From Candidatus Latescibacterota bacterium (lineage in GTDB: Bacteria; Latescibacterota; UBA2968; UBA8231): DNA of 64,000 nt. The notes under the pieces are model-generated. The model saw nothing but the letters and a program-made list of their open reading frames with translations, ran no database searches and had not been told where the DNA came from. A program made the position numbers and the translations under genes. The stretch's first letter is position 1. Each line of letters starts with the position of its first letter. Where the stretch lies: positions 800,001-864,000 of the forward strand of contig CBDCXV010000001.1 of the NCBI GenBank assembly GCA_965223905.1. The letters run 5' to 3'. Shown one piece after another: positions 53,383-63,482 of the stretch.

Positions 53383-53403
53383 TTCGTCACCTGCAACGGA
53401 AGT

Positions 53404-53432
53404 ATTCTAGAGGGCGGTTCGGCCACTGTCAA
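53404..53432 (-). promoter_or_regulatory. Sigma70-type promoter of the trp/aro operon
   Basis: TTGACA (53432-53427), 17-bp spacer, TAGAAT (53409-53404). Confidence 0.82.
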
Positions 53433-53459
53433 CAGCCGCGCGGCAGTCAGGTGCCGCCG

Positions 53460-54248
53460 CTATTGCTCTTCATCGCCGACCGAAACCGTCTCGATCTCGA
53501 GATCCTCCCGCAGGGCGATGCGGTCGACCTGGCCGTCGGAGATCCAGACGACGCGGTCCGATACGCTGAGCATCTTGTGATCGTGGGTCGCCGAAATCAC
53601 GGTAACTCCCGATGTCTGGTTCATGGAGCGCAGCAGCTCGATGATTTCGGTGCCGGTCTTCAGATCGAGGTTGGCTGTCGGCTCGTCGGCGAGCACGACG
53701 GCAGGATCGTTGGCCAAAGCGCGGGCGACGGCGACGCGCTGCTGCTGGCCGCCGGACAGCTCGAAGGGTTTGTGCGAATGCCGGTCCCCCAGGCCCACTT
53801 TGCCGAGCAGGTCCATACCCTTGTCGCGGGATTCGTCGCTGGTGAGGCCGGCGAAGACCATGGGAAGAGTGACGTTTTCGAGCGCCGTCATCACCGGAAT
53901 CAGGTTGAAGGACTGGAAAATGTAGCCGATCTTGCGGCAGCGCAGCCAGGCGAGCTCATATGCATCGAGCTGGGCGACGTCCACTTCGTCGATGTAGACC
54001 TTGCCTTCCGACGGTTTGTCGAGTCCGCCGACCATGTTGAAAAGAGTGCTCTTTCCGGAACCGGAAGGCCCCATGATCGACATGTACTCGCCGGAGTAGA
54101 TCTCGAGATCCACACCCCGCAAGGCGTGCACCTCCGTCGCGCCCATCTGGTACACCTTCTTGACCTTCTGAGTGCGCACGACGGTGCGCTGCTCTTCGGC
54201 GGTCGCCGGGCGGGGGTCGACAGCCGTCTGGGTATCTTCGCTTGCCAT
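53460..54248 (-). CDS. ABC transporter ATP-binding protein (LolD/MacB type)
   Basis: GPSGSGKST, LSGGQQQRVAVAR, LADEPTANLD and ATHD. Confidence 0.93.
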   Translation of the reverse strand: MASEDTQTAVDPRPATAEEQRTVVRTQKVKKVYQMGATEVHALRGVDLEIYSGEYMSIMGPSGSGKSTLFNMVGGLDKPSEGKVYIDEVDVAQLDAYELAWLRCRKIGYIFQSFNLIPVMTALENVTLPMVFAGLTSDESRDKGMDLLGKVGLGDRHSHKPFELSGGQQQRVAVARALANDPAVVLADEPTANLDLKTGTEIIELLRSMNQTSGVTVISATHDHKMLSVSDRVVWISDGQVDRIALREDLEIETVSVGDEEQ

Positions 54249-54278
54249 GGATTTCTCGTCGGTGAAGAAGTCAGGGAT

Positions 54279-54992
54279 TCAAGTGTCGGAGCGCATCGCC
54301 TCGACAGGCTCCATCTTCGCCGCCTTGTAGGCCGGCAACATGGCGCCGATGAGAGACAGCAGCGTTCCGGAGACGATCGCTGCGCCGGCGGATCGCACGA
54401 CGTCGATCGTGGGAAAATAATCGAAGACGAATTCGCCGTAGTCGAAGAGGCCGAGAAGAACGGTCAACAGGAGGCCGATGAGGATACCGGCGACCGTGCC
54501 CGCGACTCCCTGAAACGTCGATTCGAGCAGGAACAGCTTGATGATGAAGGAGTCGAGAGCTCCGAGACACTTCATCGTGCCGATCTCGCGGAAGCGCTCG
54601 GTAACCGACATCAGCATGGCGTTGGCGATGCCGACGACGCAGACCAGGAGCGACAGACTTACCAGCCAGGTCTGCTTGGAGCGCTCTTCCTCTATTCGCG
54701 CCTGGGCTTCGCTGGAGGTTCCGGCCATCTCCGCGGTCACCGTTTCGATCCCGTTCTTTTGCAGCAACAGGTTCAGTTCGCTCTTGTTGGCATCGCGCAT
54801 GCTGGCGACAAGGTCGTTGCTGCTCCACACCGACATCAGGAATGCAATGGCCAGGACGATGCCGCTGGTGGTTATCAGCGAGCGGCCGAAGCGAATCTTG
54901 AGACTGCGCAGGCTGATCTCGATCGCCTTGGTGAAGGGAAGGACGATCTCGCGTCCACCTGCTATCTGGATGCTCTGTATGCTCTGTGTCAT
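54279..54992 (-). CDS. FtsX/MacB-type ABC permease (short)
   Basis: MSVTERFREIGTMKCLGA and PAYKAAKMEPVEAMR; four TM helices. Confidence 0.88.
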   Translation of the reverse strand: MTQSIQSIQIAGGREIVLPFTKAIEISLRSLKIRFGRSLITTSGIVLAIAFLMSVWSSNDLVASMRDANKSELNLLLQKNGIETVTAEMAGTSSEAQARIEEERSKQTWLVSLSLLVCVVGIANAMLMSVTERFREIGTMKCLGALDSFIIKLFLLESTFQGVAGTVAGILIGLLLTVLLGLFDYGEFVFDYFPTIDVVRSAGAAIVSGTLLSLIGAMLPAYKAAKMEPVEAMRSDT

Positions 54993-55210
54993 TTCAGGGC
55001 CATGTTCGCGACAAGCGGGTAGCTTCTCCTCGACATCTTCCGGACTAATTGACTATCGGACGGTGGACTCGTCAAGTCAATCCGGAGCCCGGCACGGATC
55101 AGGCAGTTCCCGGGACCCGGAGTTTTTCCGGGTGTACTGGCGGCGGAAGCGCGATTCACGGCTCGGAGCGACATGCCGCCCCCAGCCCGGATGGCCCTTC
55201 CTACGGGCTG

Positions 55211-56950
55211 CTAACTCCTGGAGCGTATTTCGACCAGCGGCAGGTCCTTCATCGATTGCGGTTCGATTTCCTCGACAAGGCGGGGGAATGACGCCGGCAC
55301 CATGCGCACGTGAACGGAGTGCATCCCGCGGCCCCCCAGGGGTTTGAGCGAGTGGGATATGGTCGCCGACGTGAAGATGACTTCGTCGACCGAGTACTCG
55401 GCGACGAGCTCCTCCAACTGGTCGATTGAGCCGACGATCTGGATAGCTTCGAGGACGCGGCCGGCACTGTCTCTGTCCGGACCGACGACGCCGATCAGTT
55501 CGCAGTCGAGGTAGTTCGTCTTGCGGAGGTAGTCGAGCAGTTCCCGGGCGCTTTCGTCCACTCCCACCACCAGTGTGCGCCTGCCCTCGCGGACGTGGCG
55601 CGACTGGAGCAGCCGGCGCCAACCGATACGCCAGCCGGCTACCAGAATCGTGTTGAAGACCCACGCCGCTCCCACTGCCAGCCGTGAAAAATTGTAGGCC
55701 TTGAAGAAAAAGACGCTGGTCACGATGACGGCGAACCCGAGGGCGACCCCGGCGACCGCCCAGGCTGCGGAGAGGCGGCGGCGGTCGTACAGCCCAACGA
55801 GAAAAAACGAGGATACCCAGATGAAGGTTGGAAGCGCGTGAAGCACCTGCCATTCCATGTCGCTGTACGGAGGCGGAGTCAGCCAGCGCGTCGGATTGAC
55901 GTCGAGGGCCATGCGATTGGCGATCGCTTCGAGGTCGCCGATCAGCGGCATCGCCTCGGGATGGTAACGTACGGCCAGCCCCAGTTTCAGGCCGAGGAGA
56001 ACCAGTAGCGCATCGAGTGCCGGCACGGTCAGGCGGCGGGCCAGGGGGCCGAGGAAGGAGAACAGTCCGTACAGGAGGATGCCGAGGTTCAGCAGCAGCA
56101 GGGGTGAGAAGCGGTAGCGCTGCTTCAGGTGCTTGCGCACGAAAATGGCCATCGCCTCGTTTTTCCGGTACTGGGTGCGCATCTCGACCTTCTTGCCGCT
56201 CTCCCCCCTGAAATGGATGATCTCGGTGTCCGGCACGTAGTAGATCTTCCACCCTGCCTGCTGCATGCGGTAGCACCAGTCGATGTCCTCTCCATACATG
56301 AAGTAGTCTTCGTCGAGGGGGCCGACCTCGTCGATGACGCGGCGGCGCACCATCATGCAGGAGCCGGAGAGGGCGTCGACTTCGCTCACCTGCTCTTCGT
56401 CGAGGTAGGTGAGGTTGTAGCGGCCGAACCGGCGGCTGTGGGGAAACAACCGGCTCAGGCCGCTGAGCTTGTAGAAGGCCGCCATCGGCGTCGGGAAGCT
56501 TCGCCGCGATTCCAGCTGCAGGGTGCCGTCGGGGTTGAGGATCTTGCAGCCCGCGGCCGCCGCTTCGGGATGGTCGTCGAGAAACTGCACCAGGCAGCGG
56601 AGGGTGTCGGGGCGCACGATGGTATCGGAGTTCAGGAGCAGGGCGTAGCGCCCGCGCGAGCGCCGGAAGGCGATGTTGTTGGCCGCGGCGAAGCCGAGGT
56701 TTCGCTCGTTCCGGATCAGCTCGACCTCGGGGAATTTTTGCTCCACCATCTCGGCGCTGCCGTCGCGGGAGGCGTTGTCGACCACGACCACCTCCACCTC
56801 CAGCCCGGCGGAGGCCTCCAGTACCGTGCGCAGCGTCTGCTCCATCAGGTCGCGCGTGTTGTAGCTCGGCACGACCACGGTGAGATCGATCTCCGGGGCC
56901 TGGACGCCCCGCCCGCCGCGAGCGGCTTCCCTGCCGACGGTACCGGTCAT
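55211..56950 (-). CDS. GT2 glycosyltransferase fused to a membrane/Rossmann-like domain
   Basis: VDNASRDGS, LLNSD and YGEDIDW; C-terminal TM helices plus RRTLVVG...VDEVIF. Confidence 0.85.
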   Translation of the reverse strand: MTGTVGREAARGGRGVQAPEIDLTVVVPSYNTRDLMEQTLRTVLEASAGLEVEVVVVDNASRDGSAEMVEQKFPEVELIRNERNLGFAAANNIAFRRSRGRYALLLNSDTIVRPDTLRCLVQFLDDHPEAAAAGCKILNPDGTLQLESRRSFPTPMAAFYKLSGLSRLFPHSRRFGRYNLTYLDEEQVSEVDALSGSCMMVRRRVIDEVGPLDEDYFMYGEDIDWCYRMQQAGWKIYYVPDTEIIHFRGESGKKVEMRTQYRKNEAMAIFVRKHLKQRYRFSPLLLLNLGILLYGLFSFLGPLARRLTVPALDALLVLLGLKLGLAVRYHPEAMPLIGDLEAIANRMALDVNPTRWLTPPPYSDMEWQVLHALPTFIWVSSFFLVGLYDRRRLSAAWAVAGVALGFAVIVTSVFFFKAYNFSRLAVGAAWVFNTILVAGWRIGWRRLLQSRHVREGRRTLVVGVDESARELLDYLRKTNYLDCELIGVVGPDRDSAGRVLEAIQIVGSIDQLEELVAEYSVDEVIFTSATISHSLKPLGGRGMHSVHVRMVPASFPRLVEEIEPQSMKDLPLVEIRSRS

Positions 56951-57678
56951 GCTCCGCCCTTTCCGGGCCGCCTTCCGAACATCCGGGAAAGCCCGAAGAC
57001 CAGTATCTGCTTCGCGAACAGCAGGTACTCGCGAAAGTCGAGCTTGCTGGCGCTGAATTGGCGGTTGCGGAACACGAACGGTGTCGATCGATGCGAGGCG
57101 TACCTGCCCTTCATCAGGATCTCCAGCAGGATCTTGTAGCCTCCGGAGGTCAGCTCGAACTCCCCGTCGATAACCTCGCGGTGCAGGAAGAAGTATCCCG
57201 ACAGGGGGTCCTCGACTCCGGTGATCAACCGCGCCGCGCCCACCCCCACCATGGAGATCATCTTCCGGTGCAGCGCCCACCTCTCGACCTCGCTGGTTTC
57301 GCCGAAACGGCTGCCCATGGTCAGGTCGTGTTCGCGCAGGCCGCGGATCAATTCCGGCAGGATCCCCGGATCGTGGCTGAGGTCGGCGTCGATTACGCCT
57401 ATGAAGGGGCGCTCGCTCCGGGCGAATCCCGCCATTACCGCCGAGCCGAGACCGAGCTTGCCGCTCCGGTGCACGACTTTGACCGGGTAATGGTCCCTGA
57501 GCGCCTCGGCCGCCTCACCGGTGCCGTCTGGGGAGTTGTCGTCCACGACGATAAGCTCGAGATCGATGTCGTCAGCTCCGGCGAGCACCGCGAACAACTC
57601 CTCGGCGAGCAGGGCGATGTTCTCGCGCTCGTTGTAGGTCGGGGTGATCAGCGAAACGCTGAATTCAGCTTGCGACAT
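56947..57678 (-). CDS. Polyprenol monophosphomannose synthase (DPM1-like GT2)
   Basis: PTYNERENI, DDNSPDGT, GKLGLGSA, DADLSH and YKILLE. Confidence 0.9.
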   Translation of the reverse strand: MSQAEFSVSLITPTYNERENIALLAEELFAVLAGADDIDLELIVVDDNSPDGTGEAAEALRDHYPVKVVHRSGKLGLGSAVMAGFARSERPFIGVIDADLSHDPGILPELIRGLREHDLTMGSRFGETSEVERWALHRKMISMVGVGAARLITGVEDPLSGYFFLHREVIDGEFELTSGGYKILLEILMKGRYASHRSTPFVFRNRQFSASKLDFREYLLFAKQILVFGLSRMFGRRPGKGGA

Positions 57679-58579
57679 CGGAGAAGATATCCTCGAATTC
57701 GGCGCGGAAGCAGGGTTCGGCTCTCATCTCGTCCAGTCCGGCGCACAGGCCCAGCATCGGGCGTTCCAGCTCGGCCTCTGTCTTCCCGGTCTTCAGGCCG
57801 GAGCGCAGCGGCCGCTCCGCGAGCTGGCCGATTTCCGCTGTGGGAGCGGAGACAATCCCCCCGGTATCGAACCCGAAGGTGGATGCGAGCTTCTCGACCA
57901 GTTCGAGGCGGGTCATGAAGTCGGCCCCCCCCACGTGGTAGAGTCCGCGGCAATCCTTTCTGCACAGGTCGAGAATGGCGCGCGCAAGGTCGGGTGCGAA
58001 CGTCGGGTTGCCCCATTGGTCGTCGGCGATTCTGAGGGTGGCCCCGCGGGCGAAGGCGCCCAATGGCCAGGTGACGAGATTGCGGCGTACCCCGGGGGCG
58101 TGGCCGTAGAGCCACAAGGTGCGCACGACCAGACCCGCGGGATCCCCCGCGAGGGCGACCCGCTCGCTCTCGAGCTTGACGCGTCCGTAGTGGGACAGCG
58201 GGTTGGGCTCGTCCGCCTCGGAGTAGGGCCCGCCGCGGCCGTCGAAGACGTAATCGGTCGACAGCTGCACGAGCCTGGTCCCCGCAGCCGAACAGACCCC
58301 GGCAAGGATTCTGACGAGCTCGAGGTTGATCCGGCGGGCGCGGTCGGGGTCCGCTTCGCAGCCGTCGACATCGGTCCAGGCCGCGGTGTGGATCACCCAG
58401 TCCGGTGACGTGCCGGCGATCAGGCTCTCTACCGCGGCGTCGTCGGCGAGGTCGATCCGGTGATATGCCGGGCCGACCGGCTCATCCCGGCGACCGCAGG
58501 TAATCAGCTCGACGCCCCCGGCCGCCTGCAACAGCGACTTGCCGAGCAGGCCGTGGGCGCCTGTGACAAGAGCCTTCAC
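57665..58579 (-). CDS. rmlD: dTDP-4-dehydrorhamnose reductase
   Basis: TGAHGLLG, AAWTDVDGCE, STDYVFDG, YGRVK and DQWGNPT. Confidence 0.88.
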   Translation of the reverse strand: MKALVTGAHGLLGKSLLQAAGGVELITCGRRDEPVGPAYHRIDLADDAAVESLIAGTSPDWVIHTAAWTDVDGCEADPDRARRINLELVRILAGVCSAAGTRLVQLSTDYVFDGRGGPYSEADEPNPLSHYGRVKLESERVALAGDPAGLVVRTLWLYGHAPGVRRNLVTWPLGAFARGATLRIADDQWGNPTFAPDLARAILDLCRKDCRGLYHVGGADFMTRLELVEKLASTFGFDTGGIVSAPTAEIGQLAERPLRSGLKTGKTEAELERPMLGLCAGLDEMRAEPCFRAEFEDIFSDVAS

Positions 58580-60114
58580 GGCTCACCCCGTCTGATCTGT
58601 TCCCGGCGCATCATGGCCGCGGCGATCCCTGCGTGGGCGCGGGAGGCGGAGCCGGCGATTCGCGGAGCCGCGGCGATCACTGCGGCTTCGTCCAGTCTGC
58701 CGCGGTCGAGGTAGATCTCGACGGCGATGGCGTTCCCGGAAGGGTGGGTGTCATCCTCGAAGGGAATCTGCTCCTCCCATACGGGCAGTGGGGCGCCGGC
58801 GGGCAAGGCGTCCCTGAAGCCGCCGGCCCGGGAATCGTAGAGGTTTTCCTCGGTCCATCTCAACGTGCGTTCCGCTGCTTGAAGGAAACGGTCCTCCCCG
58901 TTCCACCGGTGGGCCCGCCACATGGCGCGGCTCACCAGGAGCTGATCCGTAAGCAGGCCGGAGGCGCAGCCGGCGAGCCGGCAGTGAGCCACCCGGCCGT
59001 CCTCGTCGACCAGCGCCGCCAGCAGCGCCGCCGCCGCGCTTGCCGCCAGCTCCCCCCATCCCCGCTGCTCGAGCTGCTCGGCCGCATCGAGCAGGGCGAG
59101 GACGAGCCGGGCATTGCGGCCGGCGTATGCCGTCCGGTCCGCCCACCAGGCCGCTTTTCCGGTGCCGGTCTCCACGCGTACCTGGCGCCCGTGGAACAGG
59201 CGGCGTTCGCCGTCGTAGAGCGCCCGGCGCACGAAGGCGAGCTGCCTGTCCAGCAGGGGGGTGAAGACCTCCGGGTCCGCCTCGCGGGCGGCGAGCAACA
59301 GCTGCAGCATGCCCGCCTGGTCGGCGGCGTCCCTGGCTCCCGACGGCGTCGTCCAGTCCGGGGTGTGGGAAAACGAGTGTATGCCACCGGCTTCGGCATC
59401 CCACATCGGCGACCGCAGCATGGTTTTTACCGTCGACAGCCACATCTCGCGGGCCGTCTCGTCCCCGGTGAATCTATTGTAGTTCAACAGGAAGTGGAGA
59501 ACCAACAGGCCGGGGAACTTCCCGGAGCCGCCGAAACCCCCGTGCACCGGGTCGTAGTCGGCGGCGACCGCGGCGAACACGTCCGCCGGGGACAGCCGGG
59601 TGCGGCCAGGATCCATCTTCGCCTCGGCTGCCTTTTCAACCAGGACATCGCGCCGTTTTTCGAAGTGGTCGGCCATGTGCATCAGCCAGGTGCGCGCGTT
59701 CCGCGACGGCAGATCGGTGGCCGTCGCTACGGCGCTGCCGTCGGGAAGAAGGAGGGCGAGGGCCGGCCAGCCCCGGGGAGCGAAGCGGCGCGCCAGGTCG
59801 GGGCGCTGGAAGGGATTCACCCGGAAGGCGGTGAATTTCTGCTCGATTAGATAGCGCACCGAGGGGTCGTCGTTGGCGAAAACCCCGTCGGCTCCCTCGG
59901 CGGCGAAGTAGAGCAGCAGGGGCAGATCCCGGTCCTGCGCCCGCTGAAGGGTCTGCCGGTCCCAGGAGTTCCAGGGGATGGCGGCGGAATCCCCTGCCGG
60001 AGCGGCGGCCGCATCCGGCGCCCGTCCGTCCGTTGTGGCGGTGTCTTCGCCGGACTGCCCGCCGCAGGCCAGCATCAGCGCCGGCAGGAGCCACCAGCCC
60101 TGCCGCAGGTTCAT
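58576..60114 (-). CDS. YyaL/SSP411-like (DUF255 plus alpha/alpha barrel) lipoprotein
   Basis: Lipobox LMLAC; RPDLA...GWP, YDPVHGGFGGSGKFP and PSGNA motifs. Confidence 0.75.
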   Translation of the reverse strand: MNLRQGWWLLPALMLACGGQSGEDTATTDGRAPDAAAAPAGDSAAIPWNSWDRQTLQRAQDRDLPLLLYFAAEGADGVFANDDPSVRYLIEQKFTAFRVNPFQRPDLARRFAPRGWPALALLLPDGSAVATATDLPSRNARTWLMHMADHFEKRRDVLVEKAAEAKMDPGRTRLSPADVFAAVAADYDPVHGGFGGSGKFPGLLVLHFLLNYNRFTGDETAREMWLSTVKTMLRSPMWDAEAGGIHSFSHTPDWTTPSGARDAADQAGMLQLLLAAREADPEVFTPLLDRQLAFVRRALYDGERRLFHGRQVRVETGTGKAAWWADRTAYAGRNARLVLALLDAAEQLEQRGWGELAASAAAALLAALVDEDGRVAHCRLAGCASGLLTDQLLVSRAMWRAHRWNGEDRFLQAAERTLRWTEENLYDSRAGGFRDALPAGAPLPVWEEQIPFEDDTHPSGNAIAVEIYLDRGRLDEAAVIAAAPRIAGSASRAHAGIAAAMMRREQIRRGEP

Positions 60115-60268
60115 GGCGTCGGATTCCCCTGGGGTTCCGTCCCGGCAGCAGATCCGCACCATTCAAACTCCACGGGGAACCTGAGCGGGTCGGGGGAAGA
60201 AACGGCCCTTGGGGCCGGGGAGGTATCGGTGGGACGGAACCCCGACTGCGATGGCGTGAATCTGCCGC

Positions 60269-61850
60269 TCACCCCTGAAATTCAAGGACGTAGGTGTCGG
60301 GGTTCTTCCGGTGCCAGACGATGCGGAAGAGGTCGGGGTATTTCCCGATCGCCGGCACCAGGTAGCGCGACGTCGAGGGGAAGGGAAGCTGGTCGACGAC
60401 GACGAAATCCGCCCTTCTGCTGCGCAGGTCGGCGAGCACGGCGTCGGGATCCTTGAACTTGTAGACGATCGTCCGCCGGCCGGACACTACGTGCATCCAG
60501 AACCCCTTGCGGCAGGAAATCACCGAGTCGGAGGGCAGGTTGTTGCGGATCCACAGGCCGGCGTCGTAGTAGCGCTGCCATCCCGGCTGATACGGCCCGC
60601 GGGCGTACCGGGCCTGGCTCTGCAGTCCGTCGAGCTGCGAGTTGAGCAGGAGCAGCAGGGCGGTGGCCCCCAGAACCGTGGAAAGCGGCCGCCCGGCGAT
60701 GGCGCTGAGCCTCGCGAGGAGGTCGCCGGCGACCCGCACGGCAAAGAACAGCAGCACCGGAATGGCGGGCAGGAGGAAGCGGTCCCCAATCCAGGGCCAC
60801 AGGAACATCAGGCCCAGGAACAGCACCCCGTAAATCCAGATCAGCAGGTTTTCGCGCCTGCGGATGCAGAGGAAGCTGGCGTACAGGGCCAGGGCGACGA
60901 TTGCGAGGGTCACCGGGTTGAAGAGCGACTGGGCTCCAGGAAAGGAGGGCCACAGCGTCTTGGGCATAATGTGGACGAGATAGGCCTGGAGGTTGCCGCC
61001 GAGGCGTTCGATAAAGCCGGCGGCGTCGAGATAGCCGCGGTCGGGATGGTAGGGGTTCACCTGCAGGAACTGGGTCACGTAGACGCCGCCGCGGCCGCTG
61101 AAATGGTTGCGCAGCGACCAGGGCAGCGCCGCAGCGAATGCCCCCGCGGCCAAAACGAGGGCGCGCCGGTACTGCCGGTCGAAGGCGAGGAAAAGCAGGA
61201 CCGCGGCCACCAGCAGGACGCCGACGCTGCGGACGTAGTACGCCCACATCATGCAGATGAACCCCGCGGTCAACCAGGGATTCGTCAGTCCCTCGCGGCT
61301 ACGGGCGCCGCGCTGCACCAGGAACAGGGTTGCCAGCGAAAACAGGGTGTAGGGGATTTCCGACATCACCTGGCTGCCGTACTCGACCAGCTTGGGCTGG
61401 GCCGCGCACAGCAGGGCGGCGGCCCAGGCGGACGCCTCCCCCAGGCAGTCCCTGGCGAGCAGGTAGGCGGCGACAGGGACGCCGGCGAAGAGCACGGCAA
61501 CCAGCCACTTCATCAAGATGAAGTCCCGCACCGGTTCCCCGCCGCCAGCGGCATCCTGTTCAGCGCCGGGGCCGAAGATCCAGGCAAGCGGCGACAGCAT
61601 CAGCGGGACACCCGAAGGGGTACTTCGTCGCCGGCTTCAGGTCCGGGTCGTTGACGTAGTGCAGTCCCTCCCCCTGCGCCAGCGAACGGGCGAGGATGAC
61701 GAACTCGGTATTGTCGCCGCTGAGAGAGAGCTTTTCGTCGAAGCACCAGGCCGCGGCAATGAACCCGACGATCCCCCAGACCGCCGCAACCGCGATGCGG
61801 CCGCGCCGCGAGCCGATCAGCGCCGCGACCTTCGAGATTCCCCCCGCTCT
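60269..61850 (-). CDS. GT-C fold membrane glycosyltransferase (ArnT/GT39-like), frameshift near 61610; start uncertain
   Basis: SGDNTEFVILARSLAQGEG...KYPFG in one frame, then MSEIPY, PWSLRN and DRFLLP with many TM helices in 60269..61600. Confidence 0.75.
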
Positions 61851-62596
61851 CAGAAGTCGGCCTCCGCGTTGTCCCGGGGCAGGAAGCCGAGTCCGGCGAT
61901 GGTGTCGCCGAGATCGAAGACGCGGCGGTCGTTGGCGCTGATCGCGTAGGCGAGCAGAAACCGCGCGTCGACGTCGAGGGCGCGGCGGAAGGCCTGCACG
62001 CAGTCGCGGTGACTGAGGTGCATGGCGCGCATGTAGTCCTCGGCGGCGGTGCCCCGCATCATGGCGGCGTCGTTCTGCTTCGTGATCCAGCCGATACGCA
62101 GGCCGATGAAGCGGAGCCCGTGCCGCTCGCTGAAGTACTTGCCGAGGTTTTCGCCGAACAGCTTCGAAACGGCGTAGAGGGAGTCGGGGTTCGGGGGGTC
62201 GGTCAGGCGCAGGTGCCGTCTCCTGGCCGGGTCGAGGGTTTCCGGGGTAGTGGCGAGGGTGTCGCCGTGCTGGGTGTGGTTGGTGGTCGCGAAAACGATG
62301 CGCTCGACGCCGCTGTTGCGGCACTCTTCGAATACCTGGTAGGTCGCTTCGATGTTGTTGTCGCGGACCGAATCCCAGATGGCGTCAGGATTGGGATCGG
62401 CGGCTAGGTGGATGACTGCGTCCAATCCCTGAAAGATGCCCCGCACCTGGCCGCCTTCGGTCAGGTCGACCACGAACGCGGTGCGCGCACCCTCTTCGCG
62501 ATCGAAGCCGATGATCTCGTAGTCGTCGCCGAGGCCGGAGGCGAGGACGCCGCCAATGGTGCCGTTGGCACCGGTAATTCCAATCCGTTTGGCCAA
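61850..62596 (-). CDS. NAD-dependent epimerase/dehydratase (uronate dehydrogenase-like)
   Basis: ITGANGTIG, IHLAAD, PDSLYAVSK, LRIG and LSHRD. Confidence 0.85.
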   Translation of the reverse strand: MAKRIGITGANGTIGGVLASGLGDDYEIIGFDREEGARTAFVVDLTEGGQVRGIFQGLDAVIHLAADPNPDAIWDSVRDNNIEATYQVFEECRNSGVERIVFATTNHTQHGDTLATTPETLDPARRRHLRLTDPPNPDSLYAVSKLFGENLGKYFSERHGLRFIGLRIGWITKQNDAAMMRGTAAEDYMRAMHLSHRDCVQAFRRALDVDARFLLAYAISANDRRVFDLGDTIAGLGFLPRDNAEADF

Positions 62597-62906
62597 ACCA
62601 CGTGCCTTTCCGAGCCGGTAGGAGAGTTGTTGCGACGGGTGTGCCAATGTAGCGATTCGCCCCCCGGCCGCAACGAATCAGCCCCGGGGTGCGCAGGCGG
62701 CCGGCTTGTTTGCGAGGGGTGGGGAATTGCCCAACCTTACGAGCGTTTCCCTGACCACGCCCATGTTTGAGCGTGCTGATCTTCTCCGTATCCGGTTGCA
62801 CTATCCCTTCGTACGTCTGTCCTCGGGACGGGGCGCCGGGATTATCTTTGCTGCCTGTTGATTCCGTCCTCACTCTTGCCTCTGCTTCGAACCACAGGAG
62901 GTCTAG

Positions 62907-63482
62907 ATGACCGTTCACGCACCGCGTTCACACATGACCGCCGAAGAGCTGTTCGATCTGGCGGACGACGACGGTCGATTTGAGCTGGTAGAAGGAGAGC
63001 TTGTCCACATGACCCCGACAGGCGGCACACATGGCGCACTGACGGTTCGCATAGGGCGCCTGCTCGACGAGTATATTGAAGCGCACGACCTCGGCGTCTG
63101 CTGCGGCGCTGAGACTGGGTTCATTCTCCAGCGGGACCCCGACACGGTGCGCGCCCCGGACGCCGCCGTCGTGGTGAAGTCCCGCATTCCCCCCACCGGC
63201 ATCCCCAGCACCTACTGGACGTTTGCTCCCGACCTCGCCGTCGAAGTCGTCTCACCGTCGGACCGCCTCGCCGACGTCCACGTCAAGATCGCCGAGTACT
63301 TCGCCGCCGGGACCCGCCTGGTCTGGCTCGTGGAACCCGAAACCCGGATGGTCCACGTATACCGGTCTCTGCTGCAGGTCGAGGTGGTGGGAACGGAGGA
63401 TGACCTCGAGGGAGGCGATGTGCTGCCTGGGTTCAGCTGTCCGGTGCGGCGGCTCTTCGCCTCGGTTCCTTCAAAGCAATGA
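62907..63482 (+). CDS. Uma2 family (PD-(D/E)XK) putative endonuclease
   Basis: ELVEGEL, ETGF, RAPDAA, APDLAVEVVSPSD, K..EYF.AG and LPGF; AGGAGG SD. Confidence 0.92.
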   Translation: MTVHAPRSHMTAEELFDLADDDGRFELVEGELVHMTPTGGTHGALTVRIGRLLDEYIEAHDLGVCCGAETGFILQRDPDTVRAPDAAVVVKSRIPPTGIPSTYWTFAPDLAVEVVSPSDRLADVHVKIAEYFAAGTRLVWLVEPETRMVHVYRSLLQVEVVGTEDDLEGGDVLPGFSCPVRRLFASVPSKQ

